A stretch of 64,000 bases of DNA, taken from positions 1-64,000 of the forward strand of contig JBEUKZ010000107.1 in the NCBI GenBank assembly GCA_048128005.1, in the 5' to 3' direction. The stretch comes from Veleropilina oligotropha (taxonomy: Eukaryota). The first letter of the stretch is position 1; each line of letters begins with the position of its first letter. This document shows, piece after piece, positions 9,318-19,017 of this stretch. A program made the translations under genes and the position numbers. The notes below the pieces were generated by a model that saw only the letters and a program-made list of their open reading frames with translations, was not told the origin of the DNA and searched no databases.

Positions 9318-10088
9318 ATGTCGGATGCGGTATACCTAGTCTTTGCTTGCAGCCAGGGTCTTGTGTTGCTGCTACATGTAGCATTGTGGTTCTGGCTGTA
9401 CGGCTATATTAGACCGGCGAGGCGATGTTGGAAACGCTTGAGGATGGACAGCCTTCTCGACCAACTCTTGGAGGACGAACAAGAAACGACCATCACCGGC
9501 ATGCGTCCCACTGGCTCGACGACCGATGGCGAGGAACCTGTCAGTAACAGTGGAGTCGCAGGTTCCGAAGGCATGGCAAAGAAGCGGGAGAGGCTTGCGG
9601 CGTTAGCCGTTGGAGGGGCCCACCGATACTTGGGGCGCAACCTCACAGTGGACCGGATCGACGACATGTCTGATGAAGAGGTCGAAAAGCACCACGCGCG
9701 GTATGAAGCGAAACTCGGTGCCGAGATGACGAAGACTCTGGGGACTGCCGCTATTCATCTCTACGCGGGGGCGACTGGGATGCTCTTGCCCATTCCACCA
9801 GCAAACCAGCTACGACTGATCGCCGACCTGGAGGCCGACCCGTTCATCTCACATGCGCTGTGCACCGCAAGCTGTGAGCTGTATCACCAGTACGGAATGT
9901 ATCTTGCGCCGCTGACAGCCGCGTTGACCACGGTTAAGCACTGCCGATTTGGACACGTCTGCCCCCCCAAGATACCGCGAGAGCGAGATCAAGATGACGA
10001 CGCCGGAAACGGACCAGCCGATAGAGAGGGTGACCCAGCCGATAGAGACGATAGAGAGGGTGACCTCTTCTTCGGGGAAGGACCCTAA
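9318..10088 (+). CDS. Hypothetical viral protein with N-terminal hydrophobic segment
   Basis: Intact 256-aa ORF in the + strand gene block. Confidence 0.7.
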   Translation: MSDAVYLVFACSQGLVLLLHVALWFWLYGYIRPARRCWKRLRMDSLLDQLLEDEQETTITGMRPTGSTTDGEEPVSNSGVAGSEGMAKKRERLAALAVGGAHRYLGRNLTVDRIDDMSDEEVEKHHARYEAKLGAEMTKTLGTAAIHLYAGATGMLLPIPPANQLRLIADLEADPFISHALCTASCELYHQYGMYLAPLTAALTTVKHCRFGHVCPPKIPRERDQDDDAGNGPADREGDPADRDDREGDLFFGEGP

Positions 10089-10526
10089 GAAGGTGGCTGC
10101 AGGGAGGGCCGGAGCTGCTGCGAGGAAAGCCAACCAGGAGAGGCTACTTGCCGAGGTTAGAAAACTTAAGGAAGACACCCGCACGGTTCCATCAGAACTA
10201 CCGGAGGCACAGCCCAAACACAGTGGTAATGCCCTGGCCGAGGTGACCGCGGTCGAAAACGACTTTCGCGCCGGGAGAGGGGGTGGGGGGGGGCGCAGTG
10301 TCAGATACACGGAAATCGGACTCATTGAATTGGGCCCCAACCATCTTCGCTGCAGGCGGGGTTGCGTTGCTATTTCTTGTCTGGAAACGCAGCAGTGGTA
10401 CATCCACACCACATCAACAGCCACCAGCACCGGCGAGGCAGCCCCCCCAAGGGCCTACCCCCCCGGGCCCACCCCACCCCCACCACCGAATTGGAGAATG
10501 AGCACTACCCGTTCCATATGCGATAG
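9994..10526 (+). pseudogene. Small membrane protein (KDPKKVAAGR motif, coiled coil, TM helix, Pro-rich tail), frameshifted
   Basis: ATG 9994 gives MTTPETDQ...KDPKKVAAGRAGAAARK. A frameshift at the G run ~10284-10293 joins WAPTIFAAGGVALLFLVWKR. A second shift leads to EHYPFHMR* ending at 10526. Confidence 0.55.
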
Positions 10527-10549
10527 TAGCAAACGGTACCATCAACAGC

Positions 10550-10789
10550 ATGACTACCCCAATCACCGATGGAAAGATGCTCGGCAATGCCGTCTATCAT
10601 TCGGCTATAGTGTCTGGCCTTGCCATCGGCTACTCACGCCTGACAAAGATGGTATTCAAGGGACCAAGCCCCAAACTGGACTTCACGGGTTATGACGTGG
10701 GGATGGTCGTCCTCGACATAGCGCTCGCCATGGCGACGAAGGATATGCTGATCAAGCAAGGCATCATTCCAGCCGACGTATTGAAGTAG
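10550..10789 (+). CDS. Small hydrophobic viral protein, 79 aa
   Basis: Intact ORF with two hydrophobic segments, tightly packed between neighbours. Confidence 0.72.
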   Translation: MTTPITDGKMLGNAVYHSAIVSGLAIGYSRLTKMVFKGPSPKLDFTGYDVGMVVLDIALAMATKDMLIKQGIIPADVLK

Positions 10790-10809
10790 AGACGCAGTCC
10801 TGCATCACA

Positions 10810-11241
10810 ATGGCCTCCATAGCGATGTTGGTTGGGGGCGCTCTTGTCAACGCCCTCGCCTTCAGCGGGTCAAACTTCCTGTTCTCGAAGCTACGCAGCT
10901 CCGGTGTCGACGAGGAGCGTAAACGCCACGACGAAGCCGTAGAGCACCTCCAGGCCGCTCAGACTAAATGGTCCCAACAGAGGGCAGAGCGTCTCGATTG
11001 GCTGAACGTTGAACTTCGCCGCCAGGGTCATGCCGTTGGCACATTCCGGGATGTTGACGCCGCGATCCGTGAGTATGCATTGATCACCGGCAAGCACCTT
11101 GACCCCACCCTGGGGGGTGACCCTGAGCCTGCCCTGTCCGACTACTACACGCCGAGCGATGACCAGAAAAAGCGAGAGATCACCTTCATCATCCTGGGGA
11201 TGGCTGCGACCGGGTTGGTAGCCTACAAGCTCCTACCCTAA
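10810..11241 (+). CDS. Viral membrane protein, 143 aa (hydrophobic N- and C-termini, coiled-coil middle)
   Basis: MASIAMLVGGALVNALAFSGSNFLF...EERKRHDEAVEHLQ...ITFIILGMAATGLVAYKL. Confidence 0.75.
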   Translation: MASIAMLVGGALVNALAFSGSNFLFSKLRSSGVDEERKRHDEAVEHLQAAQTKWSQQRAERLDWLNVELRRQGHAVGTFRDVDAAIREYALITGKHLDPTLGGDPEPALSDYYTPSDDQKKREITFIILGMAATGLVAYKLLP

Positions 11242-11277
11242 TTTCCAGCGCGGACATTTTTTGCGTGGGCAGGTATA

Positions 11278-11541
11278 ATGGGGCTCCCAGAAGAGCTGTA
11301 CTGTGCTATGCAAGAGGTGGGCCTTGCCACCCTTGGTACTACGTCACTCGACTGCTGGCGGCGCAACGAAAAGACTATGGTGCGGTTCACGGTCATGGTG
11401 CTCTCGGGTCCGACCAACCTACGGGCGACGACTGGGCAGCTTCCGGAGGCGGAAGCTGAAGCCTGTTGGAGACTGATCACGTTGCTGGAATACCTCGCAA
11501 CTCTCGATGGCAGCGAAGAAACAGAAGCCCTTGATGGCTAA
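11278..11541 (+). CDS. Hypothetical protein, 87 aa
   Basis: Fills the gap before the integrase and overlaps its start. Confidence 0.45.
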   Translation: MGLPEELYCAMQEVGLATLGTTSLDCWRRNEKTMVRFTVMVLSGPTNLRATTGQLPEAEAEACWRLITLLEYLATLDGSEETEALDG

Positions 11542-12481
11542 AGAACTCGACGAAACCCTCCGCAAGTACTACTATGCAGATGGGGGGTTCCAGGGCGTCT
11601 CAGCTCTGCACTCAAGGCTTCCAAAAGGCGCAGCCTCAATAAAAAGAATCCGGGAGTGGATCTCGACACAGGAGGTTGGTCGGTACATGCAGACGAAACC
11701 CCCTAGAGAGGTATTTGCCCGTTTCACAGAGGACAGGCCCGGTGTCCTCCACCAGGCCGATCTTCTCTATCTCCCACATGACAAGGTCGGCCGTAAAACG
11801 TACAAGTATGCGTTGACCTTGGTCGACGGGGCCTCTCGCTACAAGGCTGCCCGACCACTAACATCGAAATCGGCGGGCGAAGTAGCTAAGGCGTTTGCTG
11901 ACATCTACAAGACCAGCCCCCAGCACTTAACTTGGCCAAAAACGCTGATGGTGGATGACGGGCACGAATTCAAGGGGGAAGCATCCACTCTTCTAAGGAA
12001 GCACGGGGTCGATATAAGACGCGCAGAGCCGGGTCATCACCGATCGCAGGCCTTTGTTGAGTCATTCAACCGCCGGCTAGCTGAACGACTCTTCAGGAAG
12101 CAAGCACATGAAGAGCTGAACAGCGGCCGGGACAACCGCCAGTGGGTGTCGGTTCTTCCATCTGTAGTAGCAGACATGAATGCGACGCCAACACGACTGA
12201 ATGGTCTTCCTCCAGCGAAGGCAGCCAACATGTCGCAGGTTCCGCTAGTGGCGTCCAAACCATCCCCACAGGAAACGCTGTTACCGATTGGCATGATGGT
12301 CTACATCACCACAAACGAAGAAGACCCGAAAGATACCGGGCGCCGTCGCGCAGCGGATCCATGGTGGACACATAAGCCCTACCCGATTCGCCGTCGCGTA
12401 TCGGAACCCCACCAACCCGCGCTCTACTACACGACATTCTCAAAGCATGGGTTCACAAGGTCGCAGCTGAGACCTGCCTAG
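11507..12481 (+). CDS. Retroviral-like (rve) DDE integrase, Polinton type
   Basis: HQADLL (D1), LMVDDGHEF (D2), SQAFVESFNRRL (E). Intact 324 aa; no obvious C-terminal chromodomain. Confidence 0.93.
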   Translation: MAAKKQKPLMAKELDETLRKYYYADGGFQGVSALHSRLPKGAASIKRIREWISTQEVGRYMQTKPPREVFARFTEDRPGVLHQADLLYLPHDKVGRKTYKYALTLVDGASRYKAARPLTSKSAGEVAKAFADIYKTSPQHLTWPKTLMVDDGHEFKGEASTLLRKHGVDIRRAEPGHHRSQAFVESFNRRLAERLFRKQAHEELNSGRDNRQWVSVLPSVVADMNATPTRLNGLPPAKAANMSQVPLVASKPSPQETLLPIGMMVYITTNEEDPKDTGRRRAADPWWTHKPYPIRRRVSEPHQPALYYTTFSKHGFTRSQLRPA

Positions 12482-15400
12482 TGCTTGTGTCGACGATTAC
12501 AGGACAGGCATGTCAACCGGACTTTCCACTTGTAGTGACCCTGACTGTCATCCAGGCGGTCGATACTGAACGTCTGCCCGTGGCATTTCGTGTAGCCCTG
12601 AAGAAGGAGAGCACTATGACATACCACGCACCTCGTTTCTGCAGCATCAATCATGCCGAGCACGTGGTTGACGGTGAGGGTATGGCATGCTCCCGTGTAT
12701 TGGGACCGTTTCTTTTGACGATCCTCAACCACGTAGCGCTTGAGCCTTGCGGCGATGAGCTCTCGCGAAGGTGTGGCCTGCTTTGCAGTGGGAGTTATAT
12801 CACCCGGAGCGTCGTCAGGCGGCAGAACCCGTACAATCTGATCCATCAACCGGGCCCGGCTCACTGCTGTGTATACGGCGTTGCTCACCCAGCCACTCAG
12901 ACCGTGGTCGACGATGTATAGGCGCCTGGGTGGTTGGATGGTCTTCCCTTGCACCCTATGCACCGTCCCCCACCCCGCATATTTCCACTCAAGCGGTAGC
13001 CCGTTCTCGACTAGTTCAAGGGGGACTTTGACGATGGTCCCTCGATAGGCCGGCACGGTTTCTCGACTACCCGGGATCGCTATCGGCCGACCCTGCTTGC
13101 GGTACCGGTGCGAGATGCTATCATCTGGGTCGAATCGAATATTAGCAGGAAGCCGGGGGTGTATCCTTCTGTGCTGCCGGAGCAGCTGGGTCTGGACCTG
13201 CGCGCCTAGAGCGTTCGTGGAGCAGATCCAGATGTCATCGGGTTTGGTGCGATCTACAGCTTCTACGAACGGCGTTGCGGCCAACTGATCTCTGAAGACG
13301 TTGAGCTGTTGCTGGTCATTAGCGCACCACATCCGCACCTTTACGTCATGCAACGCCGATGTTGGCCCAATGTGACAGCGACAGCAGGACCACGGCTCGC
13401 CACACGCCTCACACAGGCACCTATAGTTAGTGTCAAACCACCGCAGGTTCTGGGGGGGATGGGGACGAGGCCCAGTCTGCTAACATGTGGTGAGGACCTT
13501 CTTTATCGCCCCACGGCGGGATCTGCTCCATATCCCCGACGCAGATGATTTGACACGTCCTACGGGCGAGATAATCGAGGACGGTCATCAGGGTCTTCGT
13601 GGGGACCTTGCAACATTCGTCAATGACGATAACCTCGGCTAGGTTATCGAGTCGGTGTCCCAGGGCGGCCGGGTCCCAATCCTCGATCGGCTTGCCGACG
13701 GGTAGACATAGGTAGTGGTGGATCGTCTGGACCTGTGCATTCTCTAGACCAAGTCTCGGGTTGTTGCGGTGTTCTTGGGCGATGTCGTTCTCGGGGGTGA
13801 GCACCACCAGCTTCCGACCACGAAATGTCTGTACGGTCCACTCAGTCTTTCCACTGCCGCCTTGACCTGCGAGGTATAAATGTCGCGAGGTGGCCGCACT
13901 GATATCGGAAGGGAAAGGAGGGGCCTTCCCCCCCCCCGGGCGGGCAAGTCGAGACGACCAGCATGCTCTATCGTCCAAGCAGCAGCCTCTGGGCGCCACT
14001 CATATCCCGGGGATTTATGTCGCCATTGCCCATACCTAGGCTGGTCTTGGACCAGCAGACGTTCGACCGATTCAGGCAGGCTCTTGACGTATAAGGCATC
14101 AGTGCAGACACGAAGGACATCCTCTCATGGGAATCTGCGTAGCATGCGGCGGAGGGCGATGTTCGTGTAGGCGAGTACGAAGGCTCGGATATGGAACCAC
14201 TGTGTCCACCGTCTTCCGTCCTTGTACTGAATGAGGTGGACATTGCCGGCCTTCTCGAAGTTCAGGAGACGGTCAGTGCCGCCGAGAACATTGGCCAAGT
14301 AGGCGGCCTCGTTTGGATCGCGGACTAGGATGCTCGACTCATCACCATGGCGAGCACACTTGCCAACGAAGCGCATGGCCAGGTCTCTCAATGGGAACTT
14401 GATAGCGGCCTTCGTGCCTATGCTGTATACCACCTCGCACGCTGTGACCTCCACCAGATCACCAGAGTCAATCAAGTCTGCAAGCTCGGGGGTAGTGATC
14501 CAGCCCTGCTTCTCCCGTAGGTGCTCGCCTACATGACCTACGGTATAGGGGTGCGTCTCTGGGCTGAATTGCCACGCAGCGAGCTGCACCGCTCCTGTCA
14601 GGGCGAGGACGTCGCTCATGGGCGCGTCCTCGACGTTCGCTTGACGCATCATACTCGTTGGGAACCCATACTAGCACACCAGATCTATGGATTCTCCAAC
14701 CCCGCCACAAAGGGAGTCTTTGCAGCCAAGGTATGCTGCGCGCATGTCGAGATGGTGATGGGCGCTTGTACCCACGGCTTCGTCATCAGAATTCCAGACC
14801 TTGGCCTCAACCTGAGCCGCTCTCCAGGTGTCCGGTGGTTTTCTGGTGTTGGCTTGATCTCCTCGCGGGCCAACCACTTCTGGAACCGGTAAGACGTGGC
14901 GCCACCCATGGAGTGGGAAGCTCGGTGGTATTCCTCTTCAAGCTTCTTAAGCTCTTCGGGGATCTCGGAAGGATGCCAGTGCGTCTCGTCCTCGAAAGCA
15001 CGGTCAATAGCCATACCCTCGGCCCTCGATCTCCACAGGGAACCATCGCTACCCACGAGAGCCTGTCCACATACCCAGACCCGGACCATCGATGGGATGG
15101 CCCTGGTGGCAAATGCGATCAGAACCTCTCTGGTAATTTGGTCCATGGTCTTCTGGGCCGCAGTGGTTTTTGGGGCCGCAATGGTCTTCTGGGCCGCAGA
15201 CGCAAGGGCACTTTCTGCGATGTCGTCGAGACTGTACACCTGTAAGATCTTGGGTGGATCGATCGGGATGCTTGCCCATGCGTGGTTGTTATGGCACGGC
15301 ACCCGAATCTTGGGACGGCTCTTGTGTTTGCCGCTATCCCATAGAGTGTTGCCTAACGCGTCGACGGCAACAAGCTTGACTTTGAGAGCCGCTTCAAGGG

Positions 15401-16522
15401 AGAACATATCCTCGCGTGTGCAGCCCGTTGCTGCAAGCTTCCGGTCGAACACTTCAAGAACCTGTCTACGGCTCCGGGTTAACCCATCCCCAGCTTTCGT
15501 CATTCCGTTCCGGAAGTGGTCCACCACACAGCGAACGAAGCAGTTCACAAACTCTCCATCTTCTTGAGGGGCTAGCATTGGCCCCGGTTCTCCTTTTTGC
15601 TCCGGCAGCGGACGAAGCTCGTACCTAACATAGACGAGATATTTTCGCCCCTTCTCCCACGCATGCTGGTCAATGCCGTGAAGAGCCGCGGCGCTGACCT
15701 GGTGTCCGCGAACCACCCCCTGCCCGTTAATGTGCTGCTCAGAGACACCCACTTCCTCTGTCACTTGGGCAAGAGGCTCCAGGGCCGATTTCCCCACCAC
15801 CGTGAACAGCTTGTACTGTGGGTCGGGGTCTAGAAGTTCCAACACCTCCGAGGCCATGCCCAGCATCACCTGAAGATCCCTCTTTTCGCACGATACCCAA
15901 TACACCGCGCCTTCGTCTGTGATGTCAGGCCCCCGTACAACAGCCTGGAAGTCGAATCTACGACCATCAACAGCCTCGGTAATCTCTTTACGGACGACGT
16001 CGGCGCCCGTCTTAATATAAGCCCCATCGGGGAACAGGACTGCGACACCATCAACGAGAAGGGAATAATACTCATCCGAGGCTAGGTGATCTCTCGGAAC
16101 ATCCCGGGGGGGCCCCCCTTCCGAGCAATTGCCCCCGCAAGGGTCTCTTTCCGAGACCTAGTCAGACCGTACAGGTGTGGCTTGACGATTCGATCCGTGA
16201 TGTGACGAAGTGGCTTCTGTCGTATCCCGGGCTTTTTCTCAGCCTGGGTTTCGTATTTACGGACCTTGAGGGCCACACCGACCTCGTCCTTAAGCTGCTG
16301 CAATTCACGAGCACGACGGCCTCGTTTGTGGGGGTTCTCCACATCTCCACGGATGGAGGGGAATCTTTCCGTCTTCATCGCCCGCTCGAGTCTCCTCCGA
16401 AACTCGGCAGCACGGACCCCGGCGATTGCCCTGATGAGGTCGTTTTTCTTGAGCTTCGACCGATCGGGAAGCCCGTAATCTTCCGCTAGATTGCGTAGTT
16501 CTCTGAGGGAGACACGTTCCAT
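12478..16522 (-). pseudogene. Replication fusion gene: Rho_N/HeH-like - PolB-like palm - SF1 helicase - HNH-like Zn domain (~1340 codons when repaired)
   Basis: Joins across four frameshifts (~16110, ~14834, ~13932, ~13455) and two in-frame stops (14671-14673, 14125-14127). PolB-like motifs: HLDMRAAY, MRFVGK, HIRAFVLAY, VCTDALY. Helicase motifs: GQGGSGKT, VIDE, GDMEQIPP, TNYR, TVHRVQGKT, YTAVSRAR. C-terminus: CVVC...SIDRLDDSQGH...CLSCN. Confidence 0.8.
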
Positions 16523-16564
16523 CTCGACATGACATGAAGATACCAGGCTCTAAATGGAAATTTT

Positions 16565-16846
16565 TTAAGTCGCACACGACTGCAACTCGCACAATACTTT
16601 GCCGTAGAGACGGCGGGCTCTTTTTGCAGTGTTTATGAGAGCCTGGGCGCCACGATGACCTCCACACGGTCTACACAACAGCACGGCCGATTTCGTACCG
16701 ACACCACATACCCTACATGGCAGGGGTGATGTTCTTCCCATCCGAATTTTCTGTCTATGTGTCTTGCAAAATTCGTTGACGCAGGTACGACCACAAACCT
16801 CAACGGTATTAACTGGCAACCAAGGGCATAGATTCGTTCCCCACAT
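16565..16846 (-). CDS. Cys-rich putative zinc-finger protein, 93 aa
   Basis: CGRTC...CKTH and CRVC...CRPC motifs, with a basic tail. Confidence 0.65.
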   Translation of the reverse strand: MWGTNLCPWLPVNTVEVCGRTCVNEFCKTHRQKIRMGRTSPLPCRVCGVGTKSAVLLCRPCGGHRGAQALINTAKRARRLYGKVLCELQSCAT

Positions 16847-17204
16847 GGCGTATAGCGTGGACAGTCTAGTCTCTAATATAGATTATGACACTAAGATATC
16901 GAGCCCGGTGCACGGTGAGGGTAACGGGCCCAAGTCCCTACGGGCGGCGTGGGGAGCCGCCCTATCGGCGCGAAATAACCGGCATGTTAGACGGTGTGTA
17001 GTTATACTTGAAAGCAACATGCCGCAGGAAGACGTTCCTACGCTGCACGGCAAAGGGAGCTCCAGGCGCATTAGAAACCTCTTAAACACGGGCTACGACG
17101 TTTTGATTGTTGAACTCGACGATGGTGAACAGGAGGTCTTTAAGAAGAAGACCAAAGACGGTAACAAGGGAGTTTTACAATCGCCGTCGTCCAAAGCTGT
17201 CTAG
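16845..17204 (+). CDS. Hypothetical viral protein, 119 aa
   Basis: ATG 16845 (MAYSVDSL...) shares the palindrome CATG with the divergent Zn-finger ORF. Confidence 0.5.
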   Translation: MAYSVDSLVSNIDYDTKISSPVHGEGNGPKSLRAAWGAALSARNNRHVRRCVVILESNMPQEDVPTLHGKGSSRRIRNLLNTGYDVLIVELDDGEQEVFKKKTKDGNKGVLQSPSSKAV

Positions 17205-17449
17205 GCTGTCGGCGGGCCCTCTGTGATGTCTGTTGGTGGTCGCGGGCGCGTGTCACCAACCAAAATAGCGGCCAGGCCGATGTCCTGTAGCCTTCGCCGG
17301 GCTGCTATTTTGGGCCTATATTTGGGCCTCCAAAACCGCGGCCCAAATAGACTATCCTAAGCTACCCTAGTTTCGGACGGCGCAGGCCCATTCTTATAAA
17401 ATGACCCCCCCTACTGACGATTCTAAGCTACCCTAGTTGCGGACAGCGC

Positions 17450-17607
17450 TGGGAGCCTCCACCCCCGGGGCCCCGGGCCCCACCCTAACTTCCTCTGAAA
17501 TGTCCTGGGGGTATATATTACGAGCCCCTCATTCTGAAATAGGGCTGGGAGCCTCCCCGGTCGCCCCGGGCCCCCCTAACTTAGTCTAAAACCCCCTAGT
17601 CCCCCCC
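17450..17607 (-). repeat. Right terminal inverted repeat
   Basis: Reverse complement of 1754-1912; ends in CCCCCCC. Confidence 0.96.
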
Positions 17608-18407
17608 GGTGCAGATGCTGTGGACAGTGTTCTACAGGTATGACGGTGCGGGTGCTGTGGACATTGTTCTACAGGTATGACGGTGAGGGTGCTGTGGACA
17701 GTGTTCTACAGTTGCGACGGTGCGGGTGCTGTGGACAGTGTTCTACAGGCATGACGGTGCCGGTGCTGTGGACAGTACGTGTTCTACATGTATGATGGTG
17801 CGGGTGCTGTGGACAGTGTACTACAGGTATGACGGTGTGGGTGCTGTGGACAGTGTTCTACAGGTATGACGGTGCAGGTGCTGTGGACAGTGTTCTACAG
17901 GTACGTCGGTGCGGGTGCTGAGGACAGTGTTCTACAGGTATGACGGTGCGGGTGCTGTGGACAGTGTTCTACAGGTATGACGGTGCGGGTGCTGTGGGCA
18001 GTGTTCTACAGGTATGACGGTGCGGGTGCTGTGGACAGTGTTCTACAGGTATGATGGTGCAGGTGCTGTGCACAGTGTTCTACAGGTATGACGGTGCAGG
18101 TGCTGTGGACAGTGTTCTACAGGTATAACGGTGCGGGTGCTGTGGAGAGTGTTTTACAGGTATGACGGTGCGGGTGCTGTGGACAGTGTTCTACAGGCAT
18201 GACGGTGCGGGTGCTGTGGACAGTGTTCTACAGGTATGATGGTGCGGGTGCTGTGGACAGTGTTCTACAGGTATGACGGTGCGGGTGCTGTGGACAGTGT
18301 TCTACAGGTATGACGGTGCGGGTGATGTGGACAGTGTTCTACAGGTATGACGGTGCGGGTGCTGTGGACAGTGTTCTACAGGTATGACGGTGCGGGTGCT
18401 GTGGACA
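17608..18407. repeat. 37-bp minisatellite, right part
   Basis: Same unit and orientation as 1149-1753, resuming in register after the TSD. Confidence 0.97.
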
Positions 18408-18474
18408 ATGGTCTATGTCCATATTATCGTGAAAGTTACTGCGATTGATAACTGAACAAAGAATGTTAATTAAT

Positions 18475-18570
18475 GGGCCAACCGAGATTGGAACTCACTC
18501 CTTTTAGTAATCCAGTCGAGCCAGTGATTTCAGAGTCGGCCCTCGAGACCACACGACTACTTGGGCGGCC
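18475..18570 (-). mobile_element. Degenerate tRNA-derived SINE head
   Basis: Minus strand has tRNA-like A/B-box remnants (GTAGTCGTGTGG...GAGTTCCAATCTC). Resembles the SINE at 38096-38363. Confidence 0.4.
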
Positions 18571-19017
18571 ACTGGCGTTATGGTGAAGTCCATTGATGCA
18601 CAATGTATTTGTTGGTAATATGCTTACCGTCGTATACGAATTATGCTGTTTTTGTGGGATGGAGAGTATTCATGTGCGTTATTGATTGATTGATTTTATT
18701 CAGCAAGGATTCACAACCAAGCAAAGATAACACAGAAATCATTAAAATGCTTATTTCCACTGTGGTCCATAGATACATAAAAACAAAAACACAATAAAAT
18801 AATATATATACACACATACTAATATAAATGTTATGCTATATAAATATAAGGCGACCTTTGACTGATTGTGTTCACATATGAAATAGTTTATCAATAATAC
18901 AAACAAGTTAAAAATCACATTTTTATCACAAAAATACTTTTACAGTAACGTACCTAATTTATAATTAGTATTTGTATGTTAGGTCATATAAAGCAAAAAA
19001 AAGTTGAATATGTATAG

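Larger units (their letters stand above)
1754..17607. mobile_element. Endogenous Polinton-like (Maverick/adintovirus-related) dsDNA virus, full length, partly decayed
   Basis: 159/158-bp TIRs; TSD GGTGC (or CGGTGC); dense intronless GC-rich ORFs including rve integrase, A32-like ATPase, capsid-like proteins and a PolB-like/SF1 helicase gene. Confidence 0.93.

Noticed and set aside
1754..17607. Bacterial prophage or contaminant (GC-rich, intronless, overlapping genes)
   Set aside because: It is integrated with TIRs and a TSD into a host minisatellite. The gene set (rve integrase, A32-like ATPase) is Polinton-type, with no terminase, portal or tail genes recognised.
1149..18407. 37-bp repeats flanking a gene cluster, resembling a CRISPR array or LTRs
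   Set aside because: The units are contiguous with no unique spacers and no cas genes are present. It is one minisatellite split by an insertion.
18475..18570. Possible tRNA gene
   Set aside because: No complete cloverleaf could be formed; better explained as a decayed SINE head.
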